A DNA stretch of 64,000 nt, from the NCBI GenBank assembly GCA_030390025.1, contig CM059433.1:20462001-20526000 (forward strand). The letters are read 5' to 3'. The position numbers and the translations under genes are program-made. Shown piece by piece: positions 35,146-49,220 of the stretch. Source of the DNA: Squalus acanthias. Taxonomy: Eukaryota. How positions within the stretch are numbered: the stretch's first letter is position 1; the number at the start of each line of letters is the position of its first letter. The notes under the pieces are model-generated. The model saw only the letters and a list, made by a program, of their open reading frames with translations. It made no database searches and was not told the origin of the DNA.

Positions 35146-37671
35146 CCTAATTCATTCAGATGGCAGGAGCTGCTCTATATTGATTTCTTCCTCCCATCAT
35201 CATGATTCAAGTGGAGTAAGTTGGTGAGTTGATGTAGTACTGCACTTGGGAGGCCTTTTCGTATTGCATATTCTCTAGTGACCAGGATCTTGAATATTCA
35301 CCAGGTCTAATTGGCTGTCTCAAGCTGCAATATCTAAGCTCAGTATTGAAGAACCTCATTGAAGACTTCCCCTTCTCCCCAGCACAAACATTAGTCACCC
35401 TCAGTGACACAAAGAGGTCCTTATTCCAAACAATGCATTTTGTGCAGAAATGTTATTTAACAGGTTAAACTGTATAAAACATCAATTTTGTTGCTTGTGC
35501 ATAACCATCATTGTTGATAAAGTATCTGCCATTTTTTTTATTTTGTTCTCGGGTACAGGAGATGTTGGCAAGGTTGCCTTAGGGAATCCCCACCCCTGGC
35601 CATTATTTGCCTTGTACAGTGCAAATGGAAGTTCTGCCCCTTACAGGGCAAAGAGGAAACCCTCAGAAATATTGGAGTCCAGGCACTACTGGGCCTCCAT
35701 TGTTTTCCAGGGAATTCCGCCTGAGTTATGGTGGGAGACTGAGGGAACCCATTTAGTTATTAGGTAGTGGTATGATGAAAAAAGTTGGCAAACAACTGAG
35801 AAGAACATTTCATTAATGTTTGGCTGTGTGAATAATAAAAGTAGCAAAATTAGACATCCAGGTTAAGAACTTTTTATGGTACGATAACGTTTATACTTAA
35901 AACGAAAACAAAGCCAAAACAGCATATAGATTATGTAGAAATTGATCAGTCTTACAAAAGAAGGGTTATTTTTTTTTTAAATTACACCGAATCCTTCAAT
36001 ATATTCACAATCAAATTTGTTTGCTTTCTGTTGTTTGGAAGACTGCAGTATGCAGATTTGCAGCATACACAGAAATAACGACTGGCTGATGTTTATGAGA
36101 AGAGCATCCTGTATCTGTGGCTGTGTCTGTGCAATGTCTAGTGCGCTGGTTTTCAGATTCAATACCCAATTACATTGCTCAGATCCTCAATGTAAAAATC
36201 TGTACACTACCAAGATGAACGGAGCTGATCTGTATGTTGTTGCCTTTTCCACAACAGTTCTGTCTCTGTTTGCCTCAGAGGTGGTTTACTTATTATCTCA
36301 GACATCAATTTTTGATCGAAGTGCAATCCATCCTCTCCACAGTCCTAATAATTGAAAGCTCAAAAATCTTTGTTGGGTTTAAGAAGATAAATGATTCAAT
36401 ATATCTGCCGTGAAGTTTGTTGGTTCAGATGGGCTGTAAATATATCTTCATGTTCACCTGCCTGTCAGGCTTCACAGAGAAATGTCTGGAAGTTTATTTG
36501 GGAATTTTTTGTTTCCCTTTTCTGGGTCTCCCCATACCATGCAATGATACCTGGTAAAAGGAATGGGCAGGCAATCTACTCTCTGCTAATATTATTTTCT
36601 TACCAGCCCAGGTCAAGAGAGACCTGGGGCAATTCCTGATTGATTTTTCTTTCGATTCCTGTGAGACAGAAGAAAACTCCATGCTCTGCTCTGCATCACT
36701 CCTTGATAGCATGACAAGCATTGTGTGGGGAAATGTGGTCACTTCGCTGCATTGGACTATACAGTGCACAACACTGTGGAGCATCAATATGCTGTACAAC
36801 TCTTCACATTGTATTTATTTGGTCATATCTGGTGATAGAACTTCTCAAAGTCCCAGTAAATTAGCAGTCAAGTGTTCAAATCTAACTGAATTACAACCAG
36901 TTGATATAATTCACTTGGATTTAAAGTCTTGGACAGTCAATGCTCCAGGGAATTCCAGGCACCCTGGGCAGGTCATTTCTATAAAATTGAACTCAGATAT
37001 TGTGACAATGGAATAAACACGAATATGACAGTAATCTCAAGCTCCAAACAGAAAATGTGAGCAGACAGTTTAGATTTAAGTAGTTCACAGAGAAGGTGAT
37101 GAACAGGTGGAACAGATTGCCCAGTGAGACAGTGGAGGCGGATGCTATCAGACAATTCAAGAGGGAGCTTTTGAAGAAAAAAAGTGACATAAGAATGTGT
37201 TTTTTTTACTTTGGCCATATACACGCCAAAGGTTTTTCCGTTCTATACATTTCTTTGATGCTCTGTGAAGCTCCTAAGATGTTGCTTCATTCGTGCCAGG
37301 TTAACCCCATGCAACTGAATTAAACACTTAAAACCATTTTTAACAAAACTAAATTCTCCGAGTGTGTATTGCAAATTGATCTGCCACTGGCGCTAATTGG
37401 TAAATCGCGGACACATTCCCTGTGATTTTCCATTGTGTGAGGTTGCTCACTGTCAGCATGTACTCAGACTCAGACTCCAACTATGAAAGAATCTTTTTTC
37501 TTATATCATAGAATCATACAGCACAGAGGGGGGACCATTTGAGCCATGGTGACTGTTCTAATAAGACATGCCTGTTTGAAAGTCTGGTTTCAGCATGTAA
37601 TTTTGGGGCTAATTGCTGATTACCATGATTTGAATTTGACTGGAGGCGCTAAAACAGACACCTGCGGGTTT

Positions 37672-39950
37672 AGAACATAAGAACATAAGAAATAGGAGCA
37701 GGAGTAGGCCATTCGGCCCTTCGAGCCTGGTCTGCCATTCAATGAGATCATGGCTGATCTTCTGCCTCAACTCCATTCACCGGCCCTATCGCCATATCCC
37801 TTGATGCCCTTACTAGTCAGAAATCTATCGACTTCTGTTTTGAATATACCCAATGACTGAGCCTCCACAGCCCTCTGGGGTAGAGAATTCCAAAGATTCA
37901 CCACCCTCTGAAGAAATTTCTTCTCATCTCAGTCCTGAATGGCCTACCCTTTATCCTGAGGCTGTGGCCCCTGGTTCTAGAATCCCCAGCTAAGGGAAAC
38001 ATTCTCCCAGCATCCATCCTATCAAGCCCTGTAATAATTTTGTATGCTTCAATGAGATCCCCTCTCATTCTTCTGAATTCAAGAGAATACAGGCCTAGTT
38101 TACTCAATCTCTTCTCATACGACAGTCCTGCCATCCCAGGAATCAATCTCGTGAACCATTGTTGCACTCCCTCTATGGCAAGTATATCCTTCCTTCGGTA
38201 AGGAGACCAAAATTGTACACAGTACTCCAGGTGTGGTCTCACCATGGCCCTATATAATTGGAGTAAGACTTCTTTACTCCTGTACTCAAGTCCTCTTGTA
38301 ATGAAGGCCAGCATACCATTTACCTTCCTAATGGCTTGCTGCACCTACACATTCACTTTCAGTGACTCATGTACAAGGACACCCAGGTCCCTTTGAGCAT
38401 CTGCATTCCCCAATCTTTCACCATTTAGGAAATACTCTGCCTTTCTGTTTTTTCTACCAAAGTGGATAACTTCACATTTATCCACATTATATTCCATCTG
38501 CCATGTTCTCGCCCACTCACTGAGCCTGCCGAGATCCCCTTGAAGCCTCTTCACATCCTCTTCGCAACTGACACTGCCACCTAGCTTTGTATCATCAGCA
38601 AATTTGGAATGTTACATTTAGTCCCTCATCCAAATCATTGATATAGATTGTGAATAGCTGGGGCCCAAGCACCGATCCTTGTGGTACCCCACTAGTCACA
38701 GCCTGCCATCCTGAAAAAGACCCGTTTATCCCTAATCTTTGTTTTCTGTCTGTTAACCAATTCTCAATCCATGCTAATATATTATCCCCAATTCCATGTG
38801 CCCTAATTTTGTTCACCAACCTCTTGTGTGGGACCTTCTCGAAGGCCTTCTAAAAATCCAGATACACCACATCTACCAGTTCCCCTTTGTCTACTCCACT
38901 AGTTACATCCTCAAAGAACTCCAATAGGTTTGTCAAACAGGATTTCCCTTTCATAAATCCATGTTGACTCTGCCCAATCTTACTATTAGTTTCTAAGTGC
39001 CCAGTTATTACATCCTTTATAATAGATTCCAGCATTTTCCCAACTACTGATGTGAGGCTAACAGGTCTGTAGTCCCTGTTTTTTCTCTCCCTCGTTTCTT
39101 AAATAGCGGGGTTACATTTGCTATCCTCCAATCTGCAGGAATCGTTTCAGAATCTATAGAATTTTGGAAGATGACAACCAATACGTCCACTATTCCAATG
39201 GCCACCTCTTTCAAAACCCTAGGATGTAGGTCATCCGGTCCTTGGGATTTGTCGACTTTTAGTCCCATTAATTTTGTTAGTACTGTTTTTTTACTGATAA
39301 TTTCTTTAAGTTCCTCATTCTCGTCACACCCTTGGTTTTCTCGTATTTCTGGGAGGTTTTTTGTGTCTTCCTCCGTGAAGACAGAAACAAAGTATTTATT
39401 TAATTTCGCTGCCATTTCCTCATTCTCCATTATAAATTCTCCCGTCTCTGACTGTAAAGGACCTACATTTACCTTCGCCAGTCTTTTCCTTTTCACATAC
39501 CTATAGAAGCTTTTACAATCCATTTTTATATTTTTCGCTAGTTTGTGCTCATATTCCATTTTCCTTTTCTTTATCAATTTCTTGGTCCCCCTTTGCTAAT
39601 TTCTAAAAATATTCCAATCCTCAGGCTGACCGCTTTTTCTGGCAACTTTATAAGCTTCCTCCTTTGACTTAATACTAGCTTTAATTTCTTTTGTTAGCCA
39701 TGGTTGGATCACTTTTCCTTTTGAGTTTTTATGCCCTGGAGGAATATATGTTTGTTGCAAATTATGCATTATTTCCTTGAATGTTAGCCATTGTATGTCC
39801 ACCTTCATACCTTTTAGTGTAGTCTCCCAATCTACCATGGCCAACTTGTCCCTCATACCCAACTTGTCCCTCATACCCTTGTAGTTTCCTCTGTTTAGAT
39901 TGAAGACCTCAGTTTCAGATTGGACTGCATCACTCTCAAACTTAATGTAA
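37672..39950 (-). mobile_element. CR1 LINE, 5'-truncated, frameshifted
   Basis: Consecutive ORF2 fragments plus (TTCTTATG) tail at 37672. Confidence 0.95.
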
Positions 39951-41733
39951 AATTTAGCACTCAAGCGCTGATTAGCAGCAATTTTCCTGGAACATTATAT
40001 GTAGCCTCCATGCACCCATTTCCATTGAAGGTGTAGAGTGCGCTGACTGACACACAATGGCACGTTTCAGGATGGCTCAGAGACCAAAGGAGAGGGGACA
40101 CAGGTTCTCAGACACGACAATAGAGGTTCTGGTAGAGGAGGTCCAGAGGAGGAGGGATGTCCTGTACCCGCAGGGGGGCTGGAGTCCACCTCGCCCTCCT
40201 GTCCCTCTCTCCTGCAGCAGCTGGTGCTGCTCTGCCTGGCCTCTTGTCCTCCCTTTCCTCCTCCAGACCAAGGGGGACCCCTAGCAAGAGGCCCATGACC
40301 AAGCTCTCTCCTTCTCCTGGTGACTCCTATAAAGGTGTCCACAAAGGTAGAGTAGCTCAGCACTAATGCTCTCTTGGTGAAGTCCTCACAGAAAGTCTCC
40401 CGATGTGTCTCAAAAGTCCTCTTCAGCTGGTCTCTGTTGGGAGAGGATGTCAGTTGAAGTGCTATCCACCAAAATGCCATGCAGCCTCTTTAATGAGTGC
40501 TAGCAGGCAATTAAATTGTCAATCAGAGCCTTAACTATCCTCCGGGCGGCCGTTCAATGCGCGCACTTCAACTCCTTTACAAAGATGGCGTCTTGCGCTA
40601 AACATAGGCTAAACTGGTGTTGCAGCTCAAGATCCCATCTTGGCCACCTTGGAGGATCTTTAGCACCTAAAAGGCGAGAAAGTGATGGCCTTACCGCCAC
40701 CTAGTAGCGCTAGCGATGCGTGAAAAAATAGCGGCCACCGCTCAAGCGTCAGCTGGAGATGGTCACCGTGGCGGTCGCCATATTGGTTGCCCCCTTTGCG
40801 CTGCCGGTAACCGGCAGCGTCCTGAAAAAAAATGGCGGTGGGGTGACATCAGTTGGAATGCAACACCGACTTAACTTCACCTACGTGAACTTCGACCCTA
40901 GCGCTCAAGTCAGCGCTGGGTCCTAAGCACACCAGGTTAACCTTTGGTATGAGACAGCCTTGGTGCAGATTGTTGGTAGGTGAGTGATTGGGGGGTCTTG
41001 CATTGAGCAGTGTGTGAGGCTAGTGGTGCAGTTGGTAGGTGACGTCTTTTGAAGATGCATTCACTAACCTTGACCAGTGGTCTGAGGTCATGAAGCTTCT
41101 TTGGGCACTGGAGCCAGGTGGTGGGGGCAGTGACGGCCTTGGTAATGTACTCCCACATTGTTCTTTCTGGAGGGCTTCCTAGTCTCTGTGGGTAGAGGGC
41201 AGCTCTTGCAGTGCTGACCCCCCTGCACAAAGCTGGAGTGCTGCGTGCTGAGCCATTTGTGTTAGTGATGAGACAGTTTTCCCATTTGTTCAGTTTAGGA
41301 AGGTAATTCAGCTTTAAGAGCTGAATAATCGCATTTGGAACTTCTTTTAAAGATTGATTATTTGTTAAAAGACAGAAAGGGCTGAAAAATGTATTGAATC
41401 AGCGCATTTAATGTGCATGGCCCCTTTAAATTTCAGAGCTCCTCACTGCCCACAATGCATTGCGAGCTTCACAGCCTCGCACATGCTCGGGGAAGCAGCA
41501 ACGCCGCACCAGCACCAAAAAATTGGTCCCGTATCTCTCGTGCAACGCCAGCAGGACGGCCTTGCATCTAAGGTTAGCGATGCGCCACCTACCACCATGC
41601 CCCCCACACCAATTTACCTTGTTTTGTGCGGCGACCATTTCGGGCATCCGTTAACGGCAGTTGGCAAGGACAACGACTCCTTTCCGGGCGAGAACAAATT
41701 TTTCGCCCAAATTATCCGGGGAAAATTGCCCCC
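39951..41733. mobile_element. Harbinger-type DNA transposon derivative with Myb/SANT-like gene remnants
   Basis: + strand RFSDTTIEVLVEEVQRRRDVLYPQ; - strand LYPQ..W..I..AV...TWLQCPKKLHDL; terminus GGAAAATTGCCCC. Confidence 0.7.
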
Positions 41734-42639
41734 ATGGTGTTTATCAGTTTAGATGTGAAATTATCATCAGTAGAATTACTTTCTTCTTCTTCCAATAATA
41801 TAGCCGCGGGGCTACTGTTTAAGTCCATTGTAAAAAATCCTGTGAGACAGATTTGTAACGTAAAGACTTGAAACGCTTTTAAACAAATGGTTTGTGTGTG
41901 ATAGCTGGTATAAACAAGATAGTTTGGAGTGAGTTATAAAGCTGTAAGATTCTGCTTGTTGTGAGTTAATATTTTGGATCAAATTGGTATTCTCAACTGG
42001 AGAGACCACCGTGATGGCTGCAGTTGTGGGAAATGAAAATGTCACGCTTGTGCGACCTTAGTTGGTGCACTCTGGACTGTAATGTACACTGTTGCAAGGT
42101 GCATGATCAGGGCCGAGTAAAGAGAGTTTTACTCTACATCGTTCGTGTACTGTACCTGCCCTGTGAGTCTTTGATACTGACACTGCATGACAAATAGTGA
42201 GAAAAGATGCATTTCCTAGCACTGACATTACTCACTTTGAGAAACACATAGACTGATTAAAACTATAAGTAAAAGTGATATACTTCTGGGGGGGGAGAAT
42301 GTTAGTATTAGTGGATAATTTACCATTTTTAATTGAATTTGCTTTACTAAAATGGTGGAAGTAGAATGATTATCCAATGCTACTCAAAGCTGATCCAACG
42401 TTGGACCCTTTTCTTGTCACAGACAAGTTTACGGGTCCAGGTATAATGGTACACCTTCCCTTTTCACTGCATAAAACACATCAGAGATTGACTTGACTAC
42501 ATTTGTGATTATATCAATGATATCGACCTTCACTTTTCTGTCTTTCAACTGGTTAAAAATTTGTGTGTCACTGGCAGTTTTTAACCAATCATAGCGACTT
42601 TCTCCTCTTAAAAAATAACGCAGATCCTGGCGACAACAA

Positions 42640-44546
42640 CAACAAAAGGTGACAAAACAGATAGTAAGAGCTATAAAAAGGGACTATGTAAAGAAAATTG
42701 CAAGGGATAATTAAAAACACACATCATTTTTTATTATTATATTGGGGAAAAGAGTGTGGTCAGGAACAAGGTGGGTCCCTTGAAAATTGATATTGTAAAT
42801 GAAAATAAGGAAATGGTGAACATGTTGAATAATTACTTTGTGTCAGTATTTACAGTGGAGGAAGAGGATAGCATGACGGACATCCCAAGGAAACTAATAT
42901 TAAATCAGGGACGGGGATTCACCAGAATTAACGTAAGCAAAATAACAGTAATGAAGAAAATAATGGCACTAAAGAGTGACAAATCCCCAGGACCAGATGG
43001 TTTCCATCCCAGGGTTTTAAAGGAAGTAGGTGAGAATATTGCAGATGCCCTAACTATAATCTTCCAAAGTTCTCTCGATTCAGGAACCGTTCCTTTAGAT
43101 TGGGAAATTACACGTAACACTCTGCTATTTAAGAAAGGAGAGAGAGGAAAACCAGGGAATTATAGACCAGTTAGCCAAACATCTGTTGTCAGGAAATTAC
43201 TAGAGTCTATAATTAAGGATAAGGTGACTGAACACCTTGAAAATTTTCAGCTGATCAGAGAGCCAGCATGGATTTATAAAGGGTAGGTCATGCCTGATGT
43301 ACCTGATTGAATTTTTTGAAGAGGTGCCTAAAAGAGTTGTCTGGGGAATGTCTATGGATGTTATTTATATGGACTTCCAGAAGGCATTCGATAAAGTCCC
43401 TCATAAAAGACTTAGCTAAAGTAGAAGCCCATGGAATTGAAGGCAAATTATTGACCTGGTTAGGAAATTGGCTGAGTGGCAGGAGACAGAGAGTAGGGGT
43501 AATAGGCAGGTCCTCTAATTGGCAGGATGTGAATAGTGGTGTCCCACAGGGATTTGTATTGGGGCCTCAATTATTTATTGTATTTGTTAACGACTTAGAT
43601 GATGGGATAGAGAGCCACATATTCAAGTTTGCCGATGACACAAAGATAGGTGACATTGTAAGCAGATTGGATGGAAGCACAAAATTACAAAGAGATATTA
43701 ATAGATTAATTGAATGGGCAAAACTGTGGCAGATGGATTTCAATATAGACAAGTGTAAGGTCATCCGCTTTGACCAAAAAAGGATAGTTCAGATTACTTT
43801 CTAAATGGTGAAAAGCTAGAAACAGTGGAGGTCCAAAGAGACTTAGGGGTTCATATACATAGATTGTTAAAATGTCATGGACAGGTACAGAAAATAATTT
43901 TTAAAAGGCTAATGGAATGCTGGTCCTTTATATCTAGAGGACTAGAATACAAGGGGGCATAAGTTATGCTACAGCTATACAAAGCCCTATTTGGACCACA
44001 CCTGGAGTACTGTGAGCAGTTCTGGGCACCACACATTAAGAAGGATATATTGGCCTTGGAGGGAGTACAGCGTAGATTTACCAGAATGATACCTGGACTC
44101 CAAGGGTTAAATTACAAGGAGAGATTAGATAAACTAGGGTTGTATTTTCTGGAATTTAGGAGATTAGGGGGTGATTTGATTTAAATTTTCAAGATATTAA
44201 GGGGAATGAATAAGGTAGACAGAGAAACTATTTACTCTGGTTGGGGAGACTAGGACTACGGGACATAGCCTAATAATTAGAGTCAGATCTTTCAGGACTG
44301 ACGTTAGGAAACCCTTCTGCAAGCAAAGGGTGGTAGAAGTTTGGAACTCTCTTTGCAAACGGCAGTTGATGCTGGGTCAATTGTTAATTTTAAATTGGAG
44401 ATTGATAGATTTTTGTTAACCAAAGGTATTAAGGGATATGGGGCAAAGGCGGATATATGGATTTAGGTCACAGATCAGCCATGATCTCATTGAATGACGG
44501 AACAGGCTCGAGGGGCTAAATGGCCTCCTCCTGTTCCTGTGTTTCT
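42640..44546 (+). mobile_element. CR1 LINE, decayed
   Basis: KSPGPDGFHPRVLKE, GVPQGFVLGP, FADD, 3' tail. Confidence 0.93.
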
Positions 44547-45325
44547 AAATAGATAGTGGGAGCCTGGGGAAAGAAGAAAGGAAGCAAGTAAAGATTTTTT
44601 GGGGGGAAAGGACAGGTTCGCTCATGTTCAATAGAATGCAAGTAATATCAAACTTTAAACTAGGAAAGAGAAAGAAAATAGGGATAAGTTGAAGTGTTTT
44701 ACATTTTTATCTTTAATTAAAACATTTTTATATAGTTATTTTTGTAGTTTATGATTACAGAGGTAAAGCTGCTTCTGACATTCAATTAAGAAAAAAATGT
44801 AAATTAACTTTATTACTGTAATATTAGTGCTTGCTTTAACAGCCCAGTATGTGAGCTGAAGTCTTATAAAACCCTCTGGCCCATGGAGATTGGGATTTTC
44901 GGACCTGCTGGTGTCCGAACAATTAAGAATGTAAGGACACAACAGAAAGAATAATATCAATAAATAAATATAAACTTTGTATTCCTTTACCATCTGTTGA
45001 TCTCTTCAATCTGCAATCTACATGTCCAAAATAACTACAAAAAGAAACCCTCAAGCAATAAGCTGGGTGATACATGTGAAAATAAACTGCAGATTACACA
45101 GTTTACAGATTGAACTTCAAGTATATAAGTACAGATCATTTATTTTACTGAGGAACAAATGAGGACAACAAAATAAACGACTTAAATTTGTTCCGGAAGC
45201 CTCAGAAACCATTTTATATTTCCCGTGGATTAAATAACCAAAGTTTTTTTTCGAGCTGTTGGTCAGCTTTCGTGACTTTTTTTTAGATTTAAATCATTAT
45301 TTTCACAAAGCCTGGCAGAGACATA

Positions 45326-45720
45326 AGGGGGGGCATTTTAAACATTCTCGCCCAGCGGGAATGGTGCGGGCAGGAGCTTAAGGTAGAGGGGGGTTTGCAC
45401 CATATTCCTGATGCGTTCCCGCCCGGCACCATCTTAATTAGCCTGGAATCAGGCACAGAAACGGCACCCACCCTAGAAGAGTGGGGCCCTGATTTAAATG
45501 GTGAAGTCACATCCTGACAAGCACACCATTTTAACTGTAGGCTCGATTAAGGGCCGCATGGTCTCAAACCCGCCAGTGAAGCCTTGAGGCAGGCACAATC
45601 CAGGCCAGAGGAGGCCTAGGTCAATGCTTTTAGTTTTGCTTTTTAAGGATTGCTTGTGGGCCAGGAACAGATAATGGTTCACCACCTGCTTCGGCCCCCT
45701 GCATACCCGATTCCCACCAT
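45326..45720. mobile_element. Non-autonomous DNA transposon fragment
   Basis: GGGGGGCATTTTAAAC start; motifs shared with 6860-7450 and 57695-58409. Confidence 0.5.
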
Positions 45721-45859
45721 GAGTTATAATAAGGGCTCTAGACATCAAAAGGTACAAAGTTAAAGGTTCAGGTTTATAAATAAATAAAAGTGAAGGGTAG
45801 GGTAGGGACGGTCAGATCTACATACTGGTGTGTTAAATTGACAATGTGAATAGAAGAGT

Positions 45860-46550
45860 TCATGATGAAGAAAGGCCAGGTTGATCCCACGCTGATGTTC
45901 TGACTTCATAACTTCTCCATCACAAAACCTGTGTACTTCAACCTCCAACACTGTCTGCCTCCATTCCATCTCAGTCCATCTGCTGCTGGAACCAGCCTAC
46001 ATGTCTTTGTCACCGCCAGGCTCAATTTATTCAATGCTTTCCTGGTTTGCCTCCAACCTCCACTGTCCGTCATGCCAGCTCATCCAAAACACTGCTACCT
46101 AACTCTTCCCACACTAATTCCTACTCGCCCATCACCCTGTCCTCACTGACCTACATTGACTTACAGTTTCTTAAACCCTTATATTTAAAATTCTTATCAA
46201 TCTGCTCAAATTCCTCCATGGCCTTGCACGCCCTATCGTTGTAACCTCCTGAAGATCTACAAACCTCTGAACTCTCTGCTCTTCTGGCTCTGGGGTCTTG
46301 TGTATCCCTGCCACTTCACCACAACAGTGCCGTCTGTGTCTTCGCCCATCTCAGGTCCACTCTCTGTAATTCCCTTCCTAAACCCCACTGTGTCTTCACC
46401 TACCTCTCCTTCTTTAAGATCTTCCTTGGACCCATCCCTTCTGATGAAATGTTCGGTTACCCATCCTAATCTCCGCTTGATGTCTGTTTTTTCTCGTGTC
46501 TCTGCGACGTGCTTTGGGACATTTTTCTACATTAAAGGTGCTACATAAAA
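45860..46550 (+). mobile_element. L2 LINE 3' fragment
   Basis: HVFVTARLN..NA.L, SPITLS..L; tail TTTGGGACATTTTTCTACATTAAAGGTGCTACATAAA. Confidence 0.75.
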
Positions 46551-46976
46551 TGCCTGTAGTTGCACTATTAGTAGAAATAATAGAAGATCAGCATTTATAG
46601 AGCTAGACTTTTGGATATGCATAATTAGAAAGAATGTCTAGATGAAGGAATCAAACAGTCCATTGCTTTCACTGTGAATTTGCTGCAGCTGCTGATCTTA
46701 CAGAGATGTTATGCTGGTGCGTCTGAAAGTTTGATTGGTCAGTGAATGCTCTGGTTCCTAAGCATTGTTTGATCGTCTAAACGGTGACCTCTGAACGCAT
46801 TAAAGTGCATTTCTATTCTCACTTGCCAACCAGCTATGCAAGGTTGACTGCTCTTTTACAGGTTAGTATGGCAAATTATAGTTTCTCATAACGTTCTCAG
46901 AACTGATCTCAGGGTCACAAAAACCCAGACATCACTTTTGTGTGACTGTAATTCTGACTTTTCTCTTTGAAGTGTT

Positions 46977-47295
46977 ACATAGGAACAGGAGGAGGCCATT
47001 CAGCCCCGCAAACCTGTTCCACCATTCAATTAGATCATGGCTGATCTGAATCTTAACTCCATCTACCCGCCTTGATTCCATAACCCTTAATACCTATATT
47101 TAACAAAAATCTATTAATCTCAGTTTTGACATTTTCAATTGACCTAGCCTCAACAGCTGCTTGGGGGCAGAGTGTTCTAGATTTCCACTACCCTTTGTGA
47201 AGAAATGTTTTCTGTCATCACCCCTGAATGACCTAGCTCTAATTTTAAGGTTATGCTCCCTTGTTCTGGACTCTCCCACCAGAGGAAATAGTTGT
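46977..47295 (-). mobile_element. CR1 3' fragment
   Basis: LFPLVGESRTREHNLKIR plus tail. Confidence 0.85.
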
Positions 47296-47374
47296 TTGCC
47301 AATGTTGGCTTCAAAGGTAATCTTCTTTTTAAAAGGTATTGTGTGTCTGATTTTATATTCTCTATAACTACCAG

Positions 47375-48210
47375 CTGTTAAAAAAGCATACAGGATCCTG
47401 AACTTTATAAATAGAGGCACAGAGTACAACAGCAAGGAAGTTATGTTAAACCATTATAAATCTGTAATTCTGACTTTTCTCTTTGAAGTGTTACATAGGA
47501 ACAGGAGGAGGCCATTCAGCCCCGCAAACCTGTTCCACCATTCAATTAGATCATGGCTGATCTGAATCTTAACTCCATCTACCTGCCTTGGTTCCGTAAC
47601 CCTTAATACCTATATTTAACAAAAATCTATTAATTTCAGTTTTGAAATTTAGGCCTTAGCTGGAGTATTGTGTCCAATTCTGGACACCACACTTTAGGAA
47701 GGATGTAAATGCCTTACAGAGGGTGCAGAGGAGATTTACTAGAATGGTACCAGAGATAGGGGACTTCAGTTATGTGGAGTGCCTAGAGAAGCTGGGATTG
47801 TTCTCCTTAGAGCAGAGAAGGTTAAGGAGAGATTTAATAGAGGTGTTCAAAATTATGAAGGGTTTTGATAGAGTAAATAAGGAGAAACTGTTTCCACTGG
47901 CAGGAGGGTTGATAACCAGAGGACACAGATTAAGGTAACTGGCAAAAGAATGATTGGGGAGATGAGATGAGATTTTTTTTTTACGCAGCGAGTTGTTATG
48001 ATCTGGAATGCACTGCCTGAAAGGGTGGTGGAAGCAGATTTAGTAGTAATTTTCAAAAGGGAAATGGATATATACTTGAAACGGATACATTTGCAGGGCT
48101 TTGGGGAAAGAGCAGGGGAATGGGACTAATTGGATAGCTCTTTGAAAGACCCGGCACAAGCATGATGGGTCAAATGGCCTCTTTCTATTTTGTATGATTC
48201 TTTGATTCTA
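47375..48210 (+). mobile_element. CR1 3' fragment containing an inserted local duplication
   Basis: QRRFTRMVPE...LFPLAGG; insert 47462-47650. Confidence 0.88.
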
Positions 48211-48369
48211 CTAATGAGACATTAATTAGGCCTACTCCTCTTCCTATGTTCCAAATACCTTTATTATATTGAAGTACAAAACTGGAATTTTATAAATATC
48301 AGCATCTTATGGATTAGTAAAACCATTTAATTGTAGCAGATCAACATAAAACTTGATCATGTCAAGATG

Positions 48370-48625
48370 GGGGTACGGTAGTGTATTGGTTCCTAATGTC
48401 CTTTAGGGAAGGAAACTTGCCATCCTTATCCTGTCTGGCCGATATATAACTCCAGTCCCACACCAATGTGGTTGACTGTTACCCGACCTCTCAAGTGACC
48501 TCACAAGCCACTCAGTTGCATCAAAACGCTTTCAAGAAGATGGCCCACCACCGCCTTCTCAGGGCAACTAGGGATGGGCAATAAATGCCAGCCTTGCCAG
48601 CGAAAGCCACGTTGTGAGAATGAAT
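48370..48625 (+). mobile_element. Non-LTR retrotransposon 3' UTR (clade unassigned); a shorter polyadenylated tail is at 52028-52094
   Basis: AGGGATGGGCAATAAATGCCAGCCTTGCCAGCG motif shared by both sites. Confidence 0.6.
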
Positions 48626-49044
48626 TACAAAAAAGCTGTCATCATAAAGGCAACTCTGGGTCATTCTGTGTATCTGGCTAAGGTGGATAAAATGACTAAA
48701 TTGTATCACAGGACTCTTGTCCCATAGGAATGTGCTTTCCAAACTGACAAGAACTGAGCAGAGGAGTACGATGGGCTTCACATTAATTTGCTTAAACAAG
48801 AATGTCTGAAGGCAGTAGTTTGCAAGATGTCCTAGTTTGGTTGATACTAAAGACTGCATTGCATACACTATTGCTAAAGATGAAAAGTTTCGGGGAATAT
48901 TAAAAAAAAAAATTCTCAATATCACTTGCATGTCTGTGGTACCAGCCACAGACGTCAAGTGCTCACATGCCATCTGCCAAACTGACTGAGAAAGGCAGCT
49001 GTTCTTTGTCTCTGCAGGTGTACATTACTGTTCTTTTTAGTGAC

Positions 49045-49220
49045 ATAGAATTACATAGAATGTACAACACAGAAACAGGCCATTTGGCTCAACTGGTCTA
49101 TGCTGGGGTTTATGCTCCACATGAGCCTCCTCCCACCTTACTTTATCTAACCCTATGTCCAAATCCTTCTAATCCTTTCTCCCTCATGTACTTATCTAGC
49201 TTCCCCTTAAATGCATCTAA
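49045..49220 (-). mobile_element. CR1 tail fragment
   Basis: CATAGAATTACATAGAATGTACAACACAGAAACAGGCCATT. Confidence 0.75.

Noticed and set aside
39841..39878. 18-bp tandem duplication within CR1 ORF2
   Set aside because: Ordinary slippage in a dead element
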